A stretch of DNA of 52,830 nucleotides from Patescibacteria group bacterium (lineage in GTDB: Bacteria; Patescibacteriota; Patescibacteriia; Patescibacteriales; UBA12465), in the NCBI GenBank assembly GCA_038245255.1, contig JBBRSQ010000002.1:1-52830 (forward strand), read 5' to 3'. Below the pieces are notes generated by a model, which was not told the origin of the DNA, searched no databases, and was given only the letters and a program-made list of their open reading frames with translations. Made by a program: the position numbers and the translations under genes. Shown here one piece after another: positions 21,621 to 29,611 of this stretch; positions within the stretch are counted from its first letter, which is position 1, and every line of letters starts with the position of its first letter.

Positions 21621-22433
21621 TTAGTGTTCCTCGGCGGTCGTGTTAATGGTTAAATATGTCAAAATTAACATCGCAAAAATTAAGGCCTGAATCAAACCGA
21701 CTAGCACTTCTAAAAATAAAAACGGAATCGGTACACCAAAAGCTAATATAGCTGACATTGAGGCTAGTAGTACTTCTCCGGCAAAAACATTTCCAAATAA
21801 ACGAAAAGATAAACTAGCGACCTTAGCGACCTCACCAATGACTTCAATTAAACCAACAAAAGCTTTAATTGGATTAACTAATAATACAGTCGGATCTTTA
21901 CGTACTTTCTTTGGAATTTCCAAAAAAGCTTTGATATTAATAAATTTATTTAAATACTTCCAGGCGCCAACTGACATTACTCCGATTATATGACTTAAGA
22001 CAACGCCGATTGTAGCAAGCGCTAAGGTAGTATTTAAATCAGCCGTTCCCCCTCTTAAATAAGGAATGAAAAACTTCCCTTCGTGAGTTTGGACTATTTG
22101 TCCAATTGAACCCACACCCGGTAAAATGCCCATCCAATTATTAATCAACACAAAAAAGAAAAAAGCTAAAACTAAGGGGGCAAACTTCATTGATTTTTTA
22201 CGATCACCAGTGACGCCATCAAATATTTCTAAAAAGCCTTCAATAATCATTTCGAGTGCATTCTGAATTCCAGTTGGCACTTTTTTAATCTTTCGACTAA
22301 CGAGTATTCCGAGAGTAACAATAATAATAAGGGCAACGCCCGATGTCATTAAAGAGTTAGTTATCGGAAAATTTCCGATATGAGCTATCGGCTCGGCGAA
22401 TAAAGTATTTTCATGAATTATTTCCTCGACCAT
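21621..22433 (-). CDS. atpB: Fo ATP synthase subunit a
   Basis: Polytopic, with the conserved Arg region LSFRLFGNVFAGEV. Confidence 0.92.
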   Translation of the reverse strand: MVEEIIHENTLFAEPIAHIGNFPITNSLMTSGVALIIIVTLGILVSRKIKKVPTGIQNALEMIIEGFLEIFDGVTGDRKKSMKFAPLVLAFFFFVLINNWMGILPGVGSIGQIVQTHEGKFFIPYLRGGTADLNTTLALATIGVVLSHIIGVMSVGAWKYLNKFINIKAFLEIPKKVRKDPTVLLVNPIKAFVGLIEVIGEVAKVASLSFRLFGNVFAGEVLLASMSAILAFGVPIPFLFLEVLVGLIQALIFAMLILTYLTINTTAEEH

Positions 22434-22434
22434 T

Positions 22435-22701
22435 TTATTTCTTTTGTTTATTATCTTTATCTTTTTTATTCTCTTCGTATTCTTTATCTATTTTCTTAAA
22501 TTCACTCAGAGCATTAGTAATCAGGCCGTACATTGAAATCAGAAAGGCAAGACCAACTGTTCCTAAAAATAACCAGGGCTCAGTTCCAAATTTTTTATCA
22601 AGCCATTGGCCTAAGAATGTGGCAATAATTATTGGGAAGGCAATCCACCCCGATAACTTTGCCATTACTTTTAAAGCTAATGACCAAGATTCATTTTTCA
22701 T
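22435..22701 (-). CDS. AtpZ/AtpI-like small membrane protein at the head of the atp operon
   Basis: Two TM segments (WIAFPIIIATFLGQWLDKKFGT.PW..L) as in ATPase_gene1-type proteins. Its stop lies 1 nt before atpB. Confidence 0.6.
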   Translation of the reverse strand: MKNESWSLALKVMAKLSGWIAFPIIIATFLGQWLDKKFGTEPWLFLGTVGLAFLISMYGLITNALSEFKKIDKEYEENKKDKDNKQKK

Positions 22702-22761
22702 ACTCTTAGAGCAAAAATAAAAAGGTCAAAAAGGCCCTTAAAAGTCAAAGGCTACTCTTTT

Positions 22762-22790
22762 CTTATAGCGCAGAAATAGCTACTTGTCAA
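22762..22790 (-). promoter_or_regulatory. sigma70-type promoter of the atp operon
   Basis: Minus strand TTGACA-17 nt-TATAAG, about 60 nt upstream of the first atp-operon gene. Confidence 0.55.
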
Positions 22791-22824
22791 CCCTGCGATT
22801 TTAAGTTTTCTATTATAATGTTGG

Positions 22825-23676
22825 CTAAATTCGGAATAATTCCCTAGCGGTTCTAGTCGTAATTTCAGCCACTTTTTCAATCTTTAGACTTTTAATATCG
22901 GCAATTCTTTTGGCAACATATTGAACTAAAACTGGTTCATTTCGCTCGCCCCGATACGGCTCTGGGGTCATATAAGGAGTATCGGTTTCAATCATAATCT
23001 TATCAAGTGGTATTTTTCTAATTAAATCATCCCATTGTTTACTGAAAGTAATTAGACCAGTAAACGATATCAGAAGCCCTAACTTAAAATATTTCCAAGC
23101 CAAGTCTTCATCTCCGGAAAAACAATGGATTACTCCCCAGGGTCTGTCAGTCGGTATTATATGTCCATATTCCTTCTTAAATTCTTGAAGAATTTCCATT
23201 AAATCATCATGGGCTTGGCGGCAATGAATAATAACCGGTAAATCTAAACTTCGAGCCAATAACAATTGCTGAGCAAAAACTTCGTGTTGTTTTTTCTTTA
23301 TTAAGCTAACATCCTTAGTTGGATCTAAATGATAATAATCAAGGCCAATTTCACCAATCGCGACTACCTTTTCAAACTTAGCGAGCTTTTCATAGCTGCC
23401 ATAATCAAATTCTTCAAACCGAGGCATAAAACTATAAGAATTGTCCTCTTCTTGATTTTCAACTAAGCCCTCTTCTAAGTGGACTGGGTGCAAGCCTACG
23501 GCGGCGTAAACACCTTTTTCGTATTTATTGGCGTAATGAAGAGCGCGGTTTGAAGTTTTAAATTCCGCTCCCACCAAAATCATCCAAGTATCATTATCTA
23601 AAGAGCGACGAATCACCTCTTCGGCGTCGTCTCGGAAAGCGGCAAAATTTACATGGGCGTGGGTATCAATAAACAT
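22825..23676 (-). CDS. tatD: TatD-family metal-dependent hydrolase/DNase
   Basis: FIDTHAHVNF, IGEIGLDY, VIIHCRQAHDD, IHCFSG and ETDTPYMTP. Confidence 0.85.
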   Translation of the reverse strand: MFIDTHAHVNFAAFRDDAEEVIRRSLDNDTWMILVGAEFKTSNRALHYANKYEKGVYAAVGLHPVHLEEGLVENQEEDNSYSFMPRFEEFDYGSYEKLAKFEKVVAIGEIGLDYYHLDPTKDVSLIKKKQHEVFAQQLLLARSLDLPVIIHCRQAHDDLMEILQEFKKEYGHIIPTDRPWGVIHCFSGDEDLAWKYFKLGLLISFTGLITFSKQWDDLIRKIPLDKIMIETDTPYMTPEPYRGERNEPVLVQYVAKRIADIKSLKIEKVAEITTRTARELFRI

Positions 23677-23680
23677 ACTT

Positions 23681-23704
23681 AAAAAAAACGCGAAAAAACG
23701 CGTT
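23681..23704 (-). terminator. Rho-independent terminator after the Cys/His-rich small gene
   Basis: Minus strand AACGCG-tttttt-CGCGTT followed by a T-run. It ends 5 nt before the tatD ATG. Confidence 0.6.
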
Positions 23705-23725
23705 TCTTAATTTATAAATTTAAAA

Positions 23726-23932
23726 TTACTGAACTTTTTCAGTATTTTCGGCTTTCGTAGGTTCAACCTTCATTTCTGTGGTTTGAGCACCAATAATGAC
23801 CTCGCCAGGATGATCTTCATGATTCTCGTGGTTTTCATGATTTTCATCATGTTTATCGCCACAATTATCACAATGATGACAATGTTCACAAGAACTTTTT
23901 ATTCCAAACAACTTTTTTAGCCAATTACACAT
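23726..23932 (-). CDS. Small Cys/His-rich putative metal-binding protein
   Basis: CEHCHHCDNC (four Cys at i+3 spacing) followed by HDENHENHENHEDH. The track start at 23941 is TTG, and the first ATG is at 23932. It has its own promoter and terminator. Confidence 0.5.
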   Translation of the reverse strand: MCNWLKKLFGIKSSCEHCHHCDNCGDKHDENHENHENHEDHPGEVIIGAQTTEMKVEPTKAENTEKVQ

Positions 23933-23964
23933 AAATTTCAATAATTATTACTAAATACAGCTTA

Positions 23965-23992
23965 ATTATAACATTTAGAGAGCTCAAGTCAA
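23965..23992 (-). promoter_or_regulatory. sigma70-type promoter of the Cys/His-rich gene
   Basis: Minus strand (A)TTGACT-16 nt-TATAAT. Confidence 0.5.
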
Positions 23993-24039
23993 TAAAGACT
24001 GACTCTTTATGATTTTATTATTAAACCCTTAAAAGGCTA

Positions 24040-25134
24040 CTAAATCCCCAACTCTTCTAATAATTGTTTCTGTTTTTTATTAACACTACTAGGAATTTTC
24101 ACAATTATTTTTATATACTGATCGCCAAGACCACGATTATGCAGTTTTGTTATTCCTTTTTCTTTTAATTTAAAAACTGTACCGGATTGAGTGCCTTCAG
24201 GAATTTTTAATTTAACAACGCCATGAATTGTTTCCACATCAACCTTATCCCCTAAAATAGCTTGTTTAATATTAATTTTTTCTTCGGTTTTGATATCATA
24301 ACCCTCTCTAATGAATTTCTTATGGGCTTGAATTTTTATTCTAAGATACAAATCTCCAGCCGGTGCGCCCTTTTCACCCGCTTCCGCTTGGCCACTTAAT
24401 CTAATTGATTCGCCATCGTTAATCCCAGCGGGAATGCGAACGGTAATTTTTACATTTTCGCGATGAATACCACTACCGTTACATTTTGTACATTTCTGAC
24501 TATATATTTTACCTTCACCATCACAAGTTGGACAAGTTGCTTGCGTTTGAATGTTTCCTAAAATGGTTCTCTGAACACGATTAACCCGACCGCTCCCATT
24601 ACAGGTCTTACAGGTTTCAACCTTAGACCCCGGCTCAGCGCCGTTACCGCGGCAACGGTCACAAGTCGTATTTTTCGAGAAACTTATTTCTTTCTCGAGT
24701 CCAAAAGCAGCTTCCATAAAACTCAAATTCAATGCCATTTCCATATCTCGTCCTCGTGTTTGTCTTTTTTGACTTTGACGACCACCGCCAAAGCCAAAAA
24801 TATCACCAAAGCCACCAAAAATATCACCTAAGTCTTCAAAATCCATATTACCGAAACCTTGGCCACCAAAACCTTGACCGTTAAAGCCACTAAATCCGCC
24901 ACCGGCGTTATTTCCGCCACCAGAATTAAAAGCAGCTGCTCCGAACTGATCGTAGCGTTGTTTTTTTTCAGCATTACCTAATACCTGATAAGCCTCATTC
25001 AGTTCTTTAAATTTCTCCGCGTCTCCTCCTTTGTCAGGATGATGCTGATGCGCTTTTTTCCTAAAAGCCGTTTTAATTTCATCGGCCGATGCGTTTTTAG
25101 AAACTCCTAATAATTCGTAATAATCTTTTGGCAT
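24040..25134 (-). CDS. dnaJ: Chaperone DnaJ (type I)
   Basis: J-domain DYYELLGV...HHPDK, a G/F-rich region, and four CxxCxGxG zinc-finger repeats. The ATG at 25134 is preferred over the TTG at 25140. Confidence 0.95.
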   Translation of the reverse strand: MPKDYYELLGVSKNASADEIKTAFRKKAHQHHPDKGGDAEKFKELNEAYQVLGNAEKKQRYDQFGAAAFNSGGGNNAGGGFSGFNGQGFGGQGFGNMDFEDLGDIFGGFGDIFGFGGGRQSQKRQTRGRDMEMALNLSFMEAAFGLEKEISFSKNTTCDRCRGNGAEPGSKVETCKTCNGSGRVNRVQRTILGNIQTQATCPTCDGEGKIYSQKCTKCNGSGIHRENVKITVRIPAGINDGESIRLSGQAEAGEKGAPAGDLYLRIKIQAHKKFIREGYDIKTEEKINIKQAILGDKVDVETIHGVVKLKIPEGTQSGTVFKLKEKGITKLHNRGLGDQYIKIIVKIPSSVNKKQKQLLEELGI

Positions 25135-25186
25135 AATCAATGTAAGAATTTAATTCATTTATCTAGAGAATTTTCTGATTCAACAA

Positions 25187-25222
25187 GTTGCCTCTATAAG
25201 CATTTAGGCAAATAGAGGCAAC
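25187..25222 (-). promoter_or_regulatory. Intercistronic stem-loop between dnaK and dnaJ
   Basis: Perfect 11-bp inverted repeat GTTGCCTCTAT-N14-ATAGAGGCAAC. No strong T-run follows. Confidence 0.5.
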
Positions 25223-25245
25223 CTATGAATGAGCAAAATCTATAA

Positions 25246-27168
25246 TTATTTTTTCTCTTCTTTATTTTCTTCAACTTCTCCTTCAACAACATTATCTTTT
25301 TCTTCCTTTTTAGCTTCGCTAGTTTCGGCTCCAGCCTGCCCCGCTTCTGCGCCTGGCGCTCCGGCTCCTGGTTGTTGATACATCGCGGCGCCAATTCTTT
25401 GAGCAATGGTATTTATTTCTTCCATTTGTTTTTTCATTGCCTCTAAATCACCAGCTTCCTTAACTTTTTTAAGTTCGGCAGTTTTATCTTCTAGTTCTTT
25501 TTTATCTTCTGGCTTCATTTTATCACCAGACTCTTTAATCATTTTTTCCATTGTGAAAACGACAGCATCAGCTTGATTTTTTATTTCCGCTTCATCTTTT
25601 TTCTTCTTATCATCTTCAGCATGCAGTTCCGCTTCTTTTTTCATTTTTTCGATTTCGTCTTTTGATAAGCCACTTGAGGCGGTAATAGTAATTTTCTGAA
25701 CTTTATTAGTTGCTTTATCAGTTGCGGAAACATTCAAAATTCCATTAGCGTCCAAATCGAATTTAACCTCAACCTGAGGAATACCTCGGGGCGCAGACGG
25801 AATACCATCAAGCGTGAAATGACCTAAAGTTTTATTGTCGTGAGCCATTGGTCTTTCCCCTTGAACAATGTGAATTTCAACGGCTGTCTGACCATCAGCA
25901 GCAGTAGAAAAAACCTGAGACTTTGAAGTTGGAATGGTCGTATTTCGTTCTATTAGAGGCGTGGCCACTCCACCTAAAGTTTCGATTCCAAGAGTTAAAG
26001 GCGTAACATCAAGAAGTAAAACATCTTTAACATCACCTTGCAAAACACCGGCTTGAACCGCGGCTCCCATCGCGACTACTTCATCAGGATTAACCGTTAA
26101 GTTTGGCTCCTTACCAAAAAATTCTTTAACTTTTTGCAAAACGAGCGGCATACGCGTCATTCCGCCCACCATTAAAACTTCATTAATCTCATCCATTTTA
26201 AATCCAGAATCAGCTAGAGCTTTTTTACAGGGTTCAATAGTCTTCTCAACTAAATCCATAATTAAAGTCTCAAGTTTAGCGCGAGTTAATTTCATCACTA
26301 AATGTTTCGGTCCGTTAGCGTCCGTTGTAATAAATGGTTGATTGATTTCAGTATCTTGAGCGGTTGATAATTCAATTTTAGCTTTTTCGGCTGACTCCTT
26401 AATTCTCTGGAGGGCCAAAGTATCTTTTGATAAATCAATTCCTTGATCTTTCTTAAATTCATCAATAATCCAATTAACAATTCTTTGGTCAAAATCTTCA
26501 CCACCTAAATGAGTATCACCATTAGTTGATTTAACCTCAACCGTATCAGCGGAAATATCTAATACAGAAACATCAAAAGTTCCGCCACCTAAATCGTAAA
26601 CAACTATTTTTTGGCCTTGCTTCTTATCAAATCCGTAAGCGAGAGCCGCCGCCGTTGGCTCATTAATAATACGTTTAACTTCAAGTCCGGCAATCGCACC
26701 GGCATCTTTAGTTGCTTGGCGTTGCGAATCGTTAAAATATGCCGGAACGGTAATAATTGCTTCAGTAATTTTTTCTCCTATTTTTACTTCAGCGTCCGCT
26801 TTTAATTTTGAAAGAATCATAGCCGAAATTTCTTGCGGACTATAATCTTTATCGCCCATTTTAACCTTTACACCTTCGCCCGATTGGATAATTTTATAAG
26901 GAGCAGTTTTCGTGTCGCGTTGAACTTCGTCCTCATTAAAATGACGACCGATTAAACGCTTCACTGCGTAAACAGTATTTTCCGGATTAATAACTGCCTG
27001 ACGTTTCGCTGATTGTCCGACTAAACGTTCGCCATTTTTTGAAATCGCCACTACCGACGGGGTTGTGCGATTGCCTTCAATGTTTTCAATTATTTTAGGA
27101 AGGCCGCCCTCCATGATAGACATGGCACAGTTGGTTGTTCCTAAATCAATTCCTAAGATTTTTGACAT
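25246..27168 (-). CDS. dnaK: Chaperone DnaK (Hsp70)
   Basis: [30 protein letters not shown], and an acidic/Gly-Ala-rich C-terminal tail. Confidence 0.97.
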   Translation of the reverse strand: MSKILGIDLGTTNCAMSIMEGGLPKIIENIEGNRTTPSVVAISKNGERLVGQSAKRQAVINPENTVYAVKRLIGRHFNEDEVQRDTKTAPYKIIQSGEGVKVKMGDKDYSPQEISAMILSKLKADAEVKIGEKITEAIITVPAYFNDSQRQATKDAGAIAGLEVKRIINEPTAAALAYGFDKKQGQKIVVYDLGGGTFDVSVLDISADTVEVKSTNGDTHLGGEDFDQRIVNWIIDEFKKDQGIDLSKDTLALQRIKESAEKAKIELSTAQDTEINQPFITTDANGPKHLVMKLTRAKLETLIMDLVEKTIEPCKKALADSGFKMDEINEVLMVGGMTRMPLVLQKVKEFFGKEPNLTVNPDEVVAMGAAVQAGVLQGDVKDVLLLDVTPLTLGIETLGGVATPLIERNTTIPTSKSQVFSTAADGQTAVEIHIVQGERPMAHDNKTLGHFTLDGIPSAPRGIPQVEVKFDLDANGILNVSATDKATNKVQKITITASSGLSKDEIEKMKKEAELHAEDDKKKKDEAEIKNQADAVVFTMEKMIKESGDKMKPEDKKELEDKTAELKKVKEAGDLEAMKKQMEEINTIAQRIGAAMYQQPGAGAPGAEAGQAGAETSEAKKEEKDNVVEGEVEENKEEKK

Positions 27169-27219
27169 ACATTTTATATTTTAATTATTTTTTTAACTAT
27201 TTGATTTTTTTTTATTTTT

Positions 27220-27651
27220 TTATTTTTTCTTATTTTCAATTTTAATTGTCCTTGGTTTACTCTCAGATGCTTTAGGAACAACAATTTTCAATATTCCATC
27301 TTCGTTACTAGCCGTGGCTTTATCACCATCAACTTTAGCCGGTAGTGGAATTGAGCGGAAAAAAGAGCCGCGTCTAATTTCTTTGCGGTAATAATTTTTA
27401 TCTTCAACTTCACTTCTTTTTTCACTTTCACCTTTAATTGAAAGGACGTTATTTTCAATTGAAATATCAACTTTTTCTGGATCAATTCCTCCCAGTTGGG
27501 TTTCGATAACAATATTATCTTTATCTTCATACATATCAACCGCCGGCGTATAACCAAACTGACTACCGCGAACTGCCGGCATCATTGATTCCATCATTTT
27601 ATCCATATCTTCAAATTCTGATAAAAATGGAGTCCATTTTATAAGTGACAT
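27220..27651 (-). CDS. Small heat-shock protein, Hsp20/alpha-crystallin family
   Basis: Alpha-crystallin domain PAVDMYEDKDNIVIETQLGGIDPEKVDISIENNVLSIKGE ... GILKIVVPK. Confidence 0.9.
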   Translation of the reverse strand: MSLIKWTPFLSEFEDMDKMMESMMPAVRGSQFGYTPAVDMYEDKDNIVIETQLGGIDPEKVDISIENNVLSIKGESEKRSEVEDKNYYRKEIRRGSFFRSIPLPAKVDGDKATASNEDGILKIVVPKASESKPRTIKIENKKK

Positions 27652-27693
27652 ATTTTTATAAATTACTTTTTAAAATTTTTTTAATATAATTTT

Positions 27694-28311
27694 TTATTCA
27701 ACTATTACTTTTGCCGGGCGAATCACTTTGCCATGTAATTTATACCCAGGCATAATTTCTTGCTTAACCTTTTCGCCTGAGCCGTCAATTGCTTCCATAG
27801 TATTATGATCAAATTTCTGGTCTTCGGTTTTAATTTCCTCAATTCCGCGAGTCGACAAAACATCTTTAAATTGTTTTAAAACATATTTTACTCCCTCTGC
27901 CCAAGCATTCTTAGCCTCGGCCGCGCTCAGACCAGATAACGACAACTTTAAATGATCATAAACTGGCAAGATGTCGTACATAAAATCAGAAATGGCATAT
28001 TTAATAAACTCTTCTTTTTCCTTAGCGGTTTGCTTCAATAAATTTTGATAATCAGCCAAAGCTCTTTTATGCATATACTCCCAGCTATCCGCTTCTTCTT
28101 CGCTAATAAATTCAAAGCGGGCGACTTTTTCACCTTCAACTTCAACTGTTTCTAAAAACATTTTTCGCGGTCGCACCCAAATCTTTTTTAAATCTTTTAA
28201 GTCTTGATAAATCACCAGCGGTTCCTTATTTTCAGAGCTAAGCCCTTCATTTAAAATTCGATATTCGGCTCCTTTATAATGCCGATAAATTCCTTTTACA
28301 ATTTCTTTCAT
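27694..28311 (-). CDS. grpE: GrpE nucleotide-exchange factor with an N-terminal DUF1653 domain
   Basis: Residues 1-70 or so (GIYRHYKGAEY...LVIYQDL...IWVRPRKMF...VEGEKVARFEFI) match the DUF1653 pattern. The C-terminal part (LADYQNL.K...KEKEE..KYA...DILPVYDHL ... MPGYKLHGKVIRPAKV) is GrpE. Confidence 0.8.
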   Translation of the reverse strand: MKEIVKGIYRHYKGAEYRILNEGLSSENKEPLVIYQDLKDLKKIWVRPRKMFLETVEVEGEKVARFEFISEEEADSWEYMHKRALADYQNLLKQTAKEKEEFIKYAISDFMYDILPVYDHLKLSLSGLSAAEAKNAWAEGVKYVLKQFKDVLSTRGIEEIKTEDQKFDHNTMEAIDGSGEKVKQEIMPGYKLHGKVIRPAKVIVE

Positions 28312-28331
28312 ATTTTTTACAATTTATTATT

Positions 28332-29024
28332 CTAGTCAAACTTTCTTTTAATAAAATTAACTAGAGCTATATTACGACCATAATCCATTCTCATCGGTCC
28401 TAAAATTCCAAATATCCCACTCGCATTATTATATTTGTATTTAACAAGCACTGTGCTTAAAAAATTTCCGAAAGGATTCTTAGAGCCAATTAGTATTTGC
28501 TGTCCATTTTCAAGATCTTCAAAAATATCATCAATAATTTCTTCAAGACGATCAATAATCGCCGAAACGTCACAAACCATATCGACGCGACTAAATTCCG
28601 GTTGAGAAAATAAGTTGCTTAAGCCAGTATAATAAAGATCATTTTTATGAAATGCCCAGAAAACTGCGCCGCCAGAGATTTCGGCGATTGCTTTTGCGGT
28701 CGCGCGAAAAGCTGATTCTTCGTGACGAAATATTTTCTCTAAGCTTTCAGTTTCAGAATCTTTCAAATCTTTTTTAGATTTTTCATTCATTAAATCAGCC
28801 AAAAGTAGTTCATAAGCGTTTTCAGTAGGAACGCGGCCGGCCGAAGTATGCGGTTGATAAATAAAACCTTCTTCTTCAAGCTCCATCATTTCATTACGCA
28901 CTGTCGCCGTAGAGATATCAAGTTTGTATTTATCAACTAAGACGCCCGAAGAAACCGGCAGGGCCGTTTTTAAATATTCTTTTATTATTATCTCTAATAA
29001 GAATTTTTTACGTTCACTAATCAT
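28332..29024 (-). CDS. hrcA: Heat-inducible transcription repressor HrcA (short form)
   Basis: MISERKKFLLEIIIKEYLKTALPVSSGVL...STATVRNEMMELEEEGFIYQPHTSAGRVPT, with a CIRCE element just upstream. The ATG at 29024 is preferred over the GTG at 29051, which lies inside CIRCE. Confidence 0.85.
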   Translation of the reverse strand: MISERKKFLLEIIIKEYLKTALPVSSGVLVDKYKLDISTATVRNEMMELEEEGFIYQPHTSAGRVPTENAYELLLADLMNEKSKKDLKDSETESLEKIFRHEESAFRATAKAIAEISGGAVFWAFHKNDLYYTGLSNLFSQPEFSRVDMVCDVSAIIDRLEEIIDDIFEDLENGQQILIGSKNPFGNFLSTVLVKYKYNNASGIFGILGPMRMDYGRNIALVNFIKRKFD

Positions 29025-29031
29025 ATAAACC

Positions 29032-29060
29032 ATTATATACAAAATTAGCACTCAAGTCAA
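29032..29060 (-). promoter_or_regulatory. sigma70-type promoter of the hrcA operon
   Basis: Minus strand TTGACT-17 nt-TATAAT. The -35 box sits in the CIRCE spacer, and the -10 ends 7 nt before the ATG. Confidence 0.65.
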
Positions 29061-29071
29061 TAGAGTGCTAA
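29045..29071. promoter_or_regulatory. CIRCE operator (HrcA binding site)
   Basis: Perfect consensus TTAGCACTC-N9-GAGTGCTAA. Confidence 0.95.
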
Positions 29072-29104
29072 TAGACGATATATTTATTTATTTTTAGGTA
29101 AATT

Positions 29105-29602
29105 TTAGAAACCAAGGACTTTCTTTAAGTCTTGGTTTTTCTCATAGGCTTCAGCACTCATCAGTCTTGGCGCTGAAAAATTTACGCTCGCTCGATAAGA
29201 CATTGTATAAAATTTAAGAGGTTCCTGATTAATAATTGAATCGGATAAAAGATGAATGCCACCAGCGAGAGCCAGGCTTACTAAAATTAACGCAATTATT
29301 TTTTTCTTTCGCAATAAATAAGCACTAATCAGTAAGAGCGGCACGTATTCCCAGGCGTGAAAAAATAAATGTACCTTATCGCTAACTAAGAATTGTCTAC
29401 CCTGTGAAAAATACGTTAAACTAAAATGAGGACCAAAAACTAGAAAATATTCTAAAACATGATCTAAGTCAATAAAAAATCCGCCAATAATTCCGAACAA
29501 AATCCCTAAGGCTGGTTTTTTAAACAATCGCCCCGAAAAATATCCGACAATAATTGCCAAGAAAAGATGAATTAATAAATGTAATGATAAAGGTAAACCC
29601 AT
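29105..29602 (-). CDS. Small polytopic membrane protein (YdjM/DUF457-like putative metal-dependent hydrolase)
   Basis: About 5 TM segments. His/Asp clusters at membrane edges (HLLIHL, IDLDHVLEY, HAWEY, GGIHLLSD) resemble the YdjM family. Confidence 0.35.
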   Translation of the reverse strand: MGLPLSLHLLIHLFLAIIVGYFSGRLFKKPALGILFGIIGGFFIDLDHVLEYFLVFGPHFSLTYFSQGRQFLVSDKVHLFFHAWEYVPLLLISAYLLRKKKIIALILVSLALAGGIHLLSDSIINQEPLKFYTMSYRASVNFSAPRLMSAEAYEKNQDLKKVLGF

Positions 29603-29611
29603 AAAATTAGC

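Noticed and set aside
25194-25406. 70-aa ORF overlapping the dnaK 3' end and the dnaK-dnaJ spacer.
   Set aside because: It overlaps the dnaK C-terminal coding region in another frame and spans the intercistronic hairpin. It has no independent signals.
27288-27557. 89-aa same-strand alternative-frame ORF inside hsp20. A similar one lies at 26298-26504 inside dnaK.
   Set aside because: They are embedded in frames with clear alpha-crystallin and Hsp70 motifs. The products are Lys/Ile-rich artefacts of AT-rich sequence.
29025-29051. N-terminal extensions given by the ORF track at non-ATG starts: hrcA GTG 29051, dnaJ TTG 25140, Cys/His gene TTG 23941, GT2 TTG 36643 and PBP2 TTG 31786.
   Set aside because: The extensions run into CIRCE or the promoter, or into upstream genes. 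Downstream ATGs reproduce canonical N-termini (MISERKK for hrc[12 protein letters not shown] for dnaJ, MDNMVLSIIIPVFNEE for the GT2). Shorter models were adopted.
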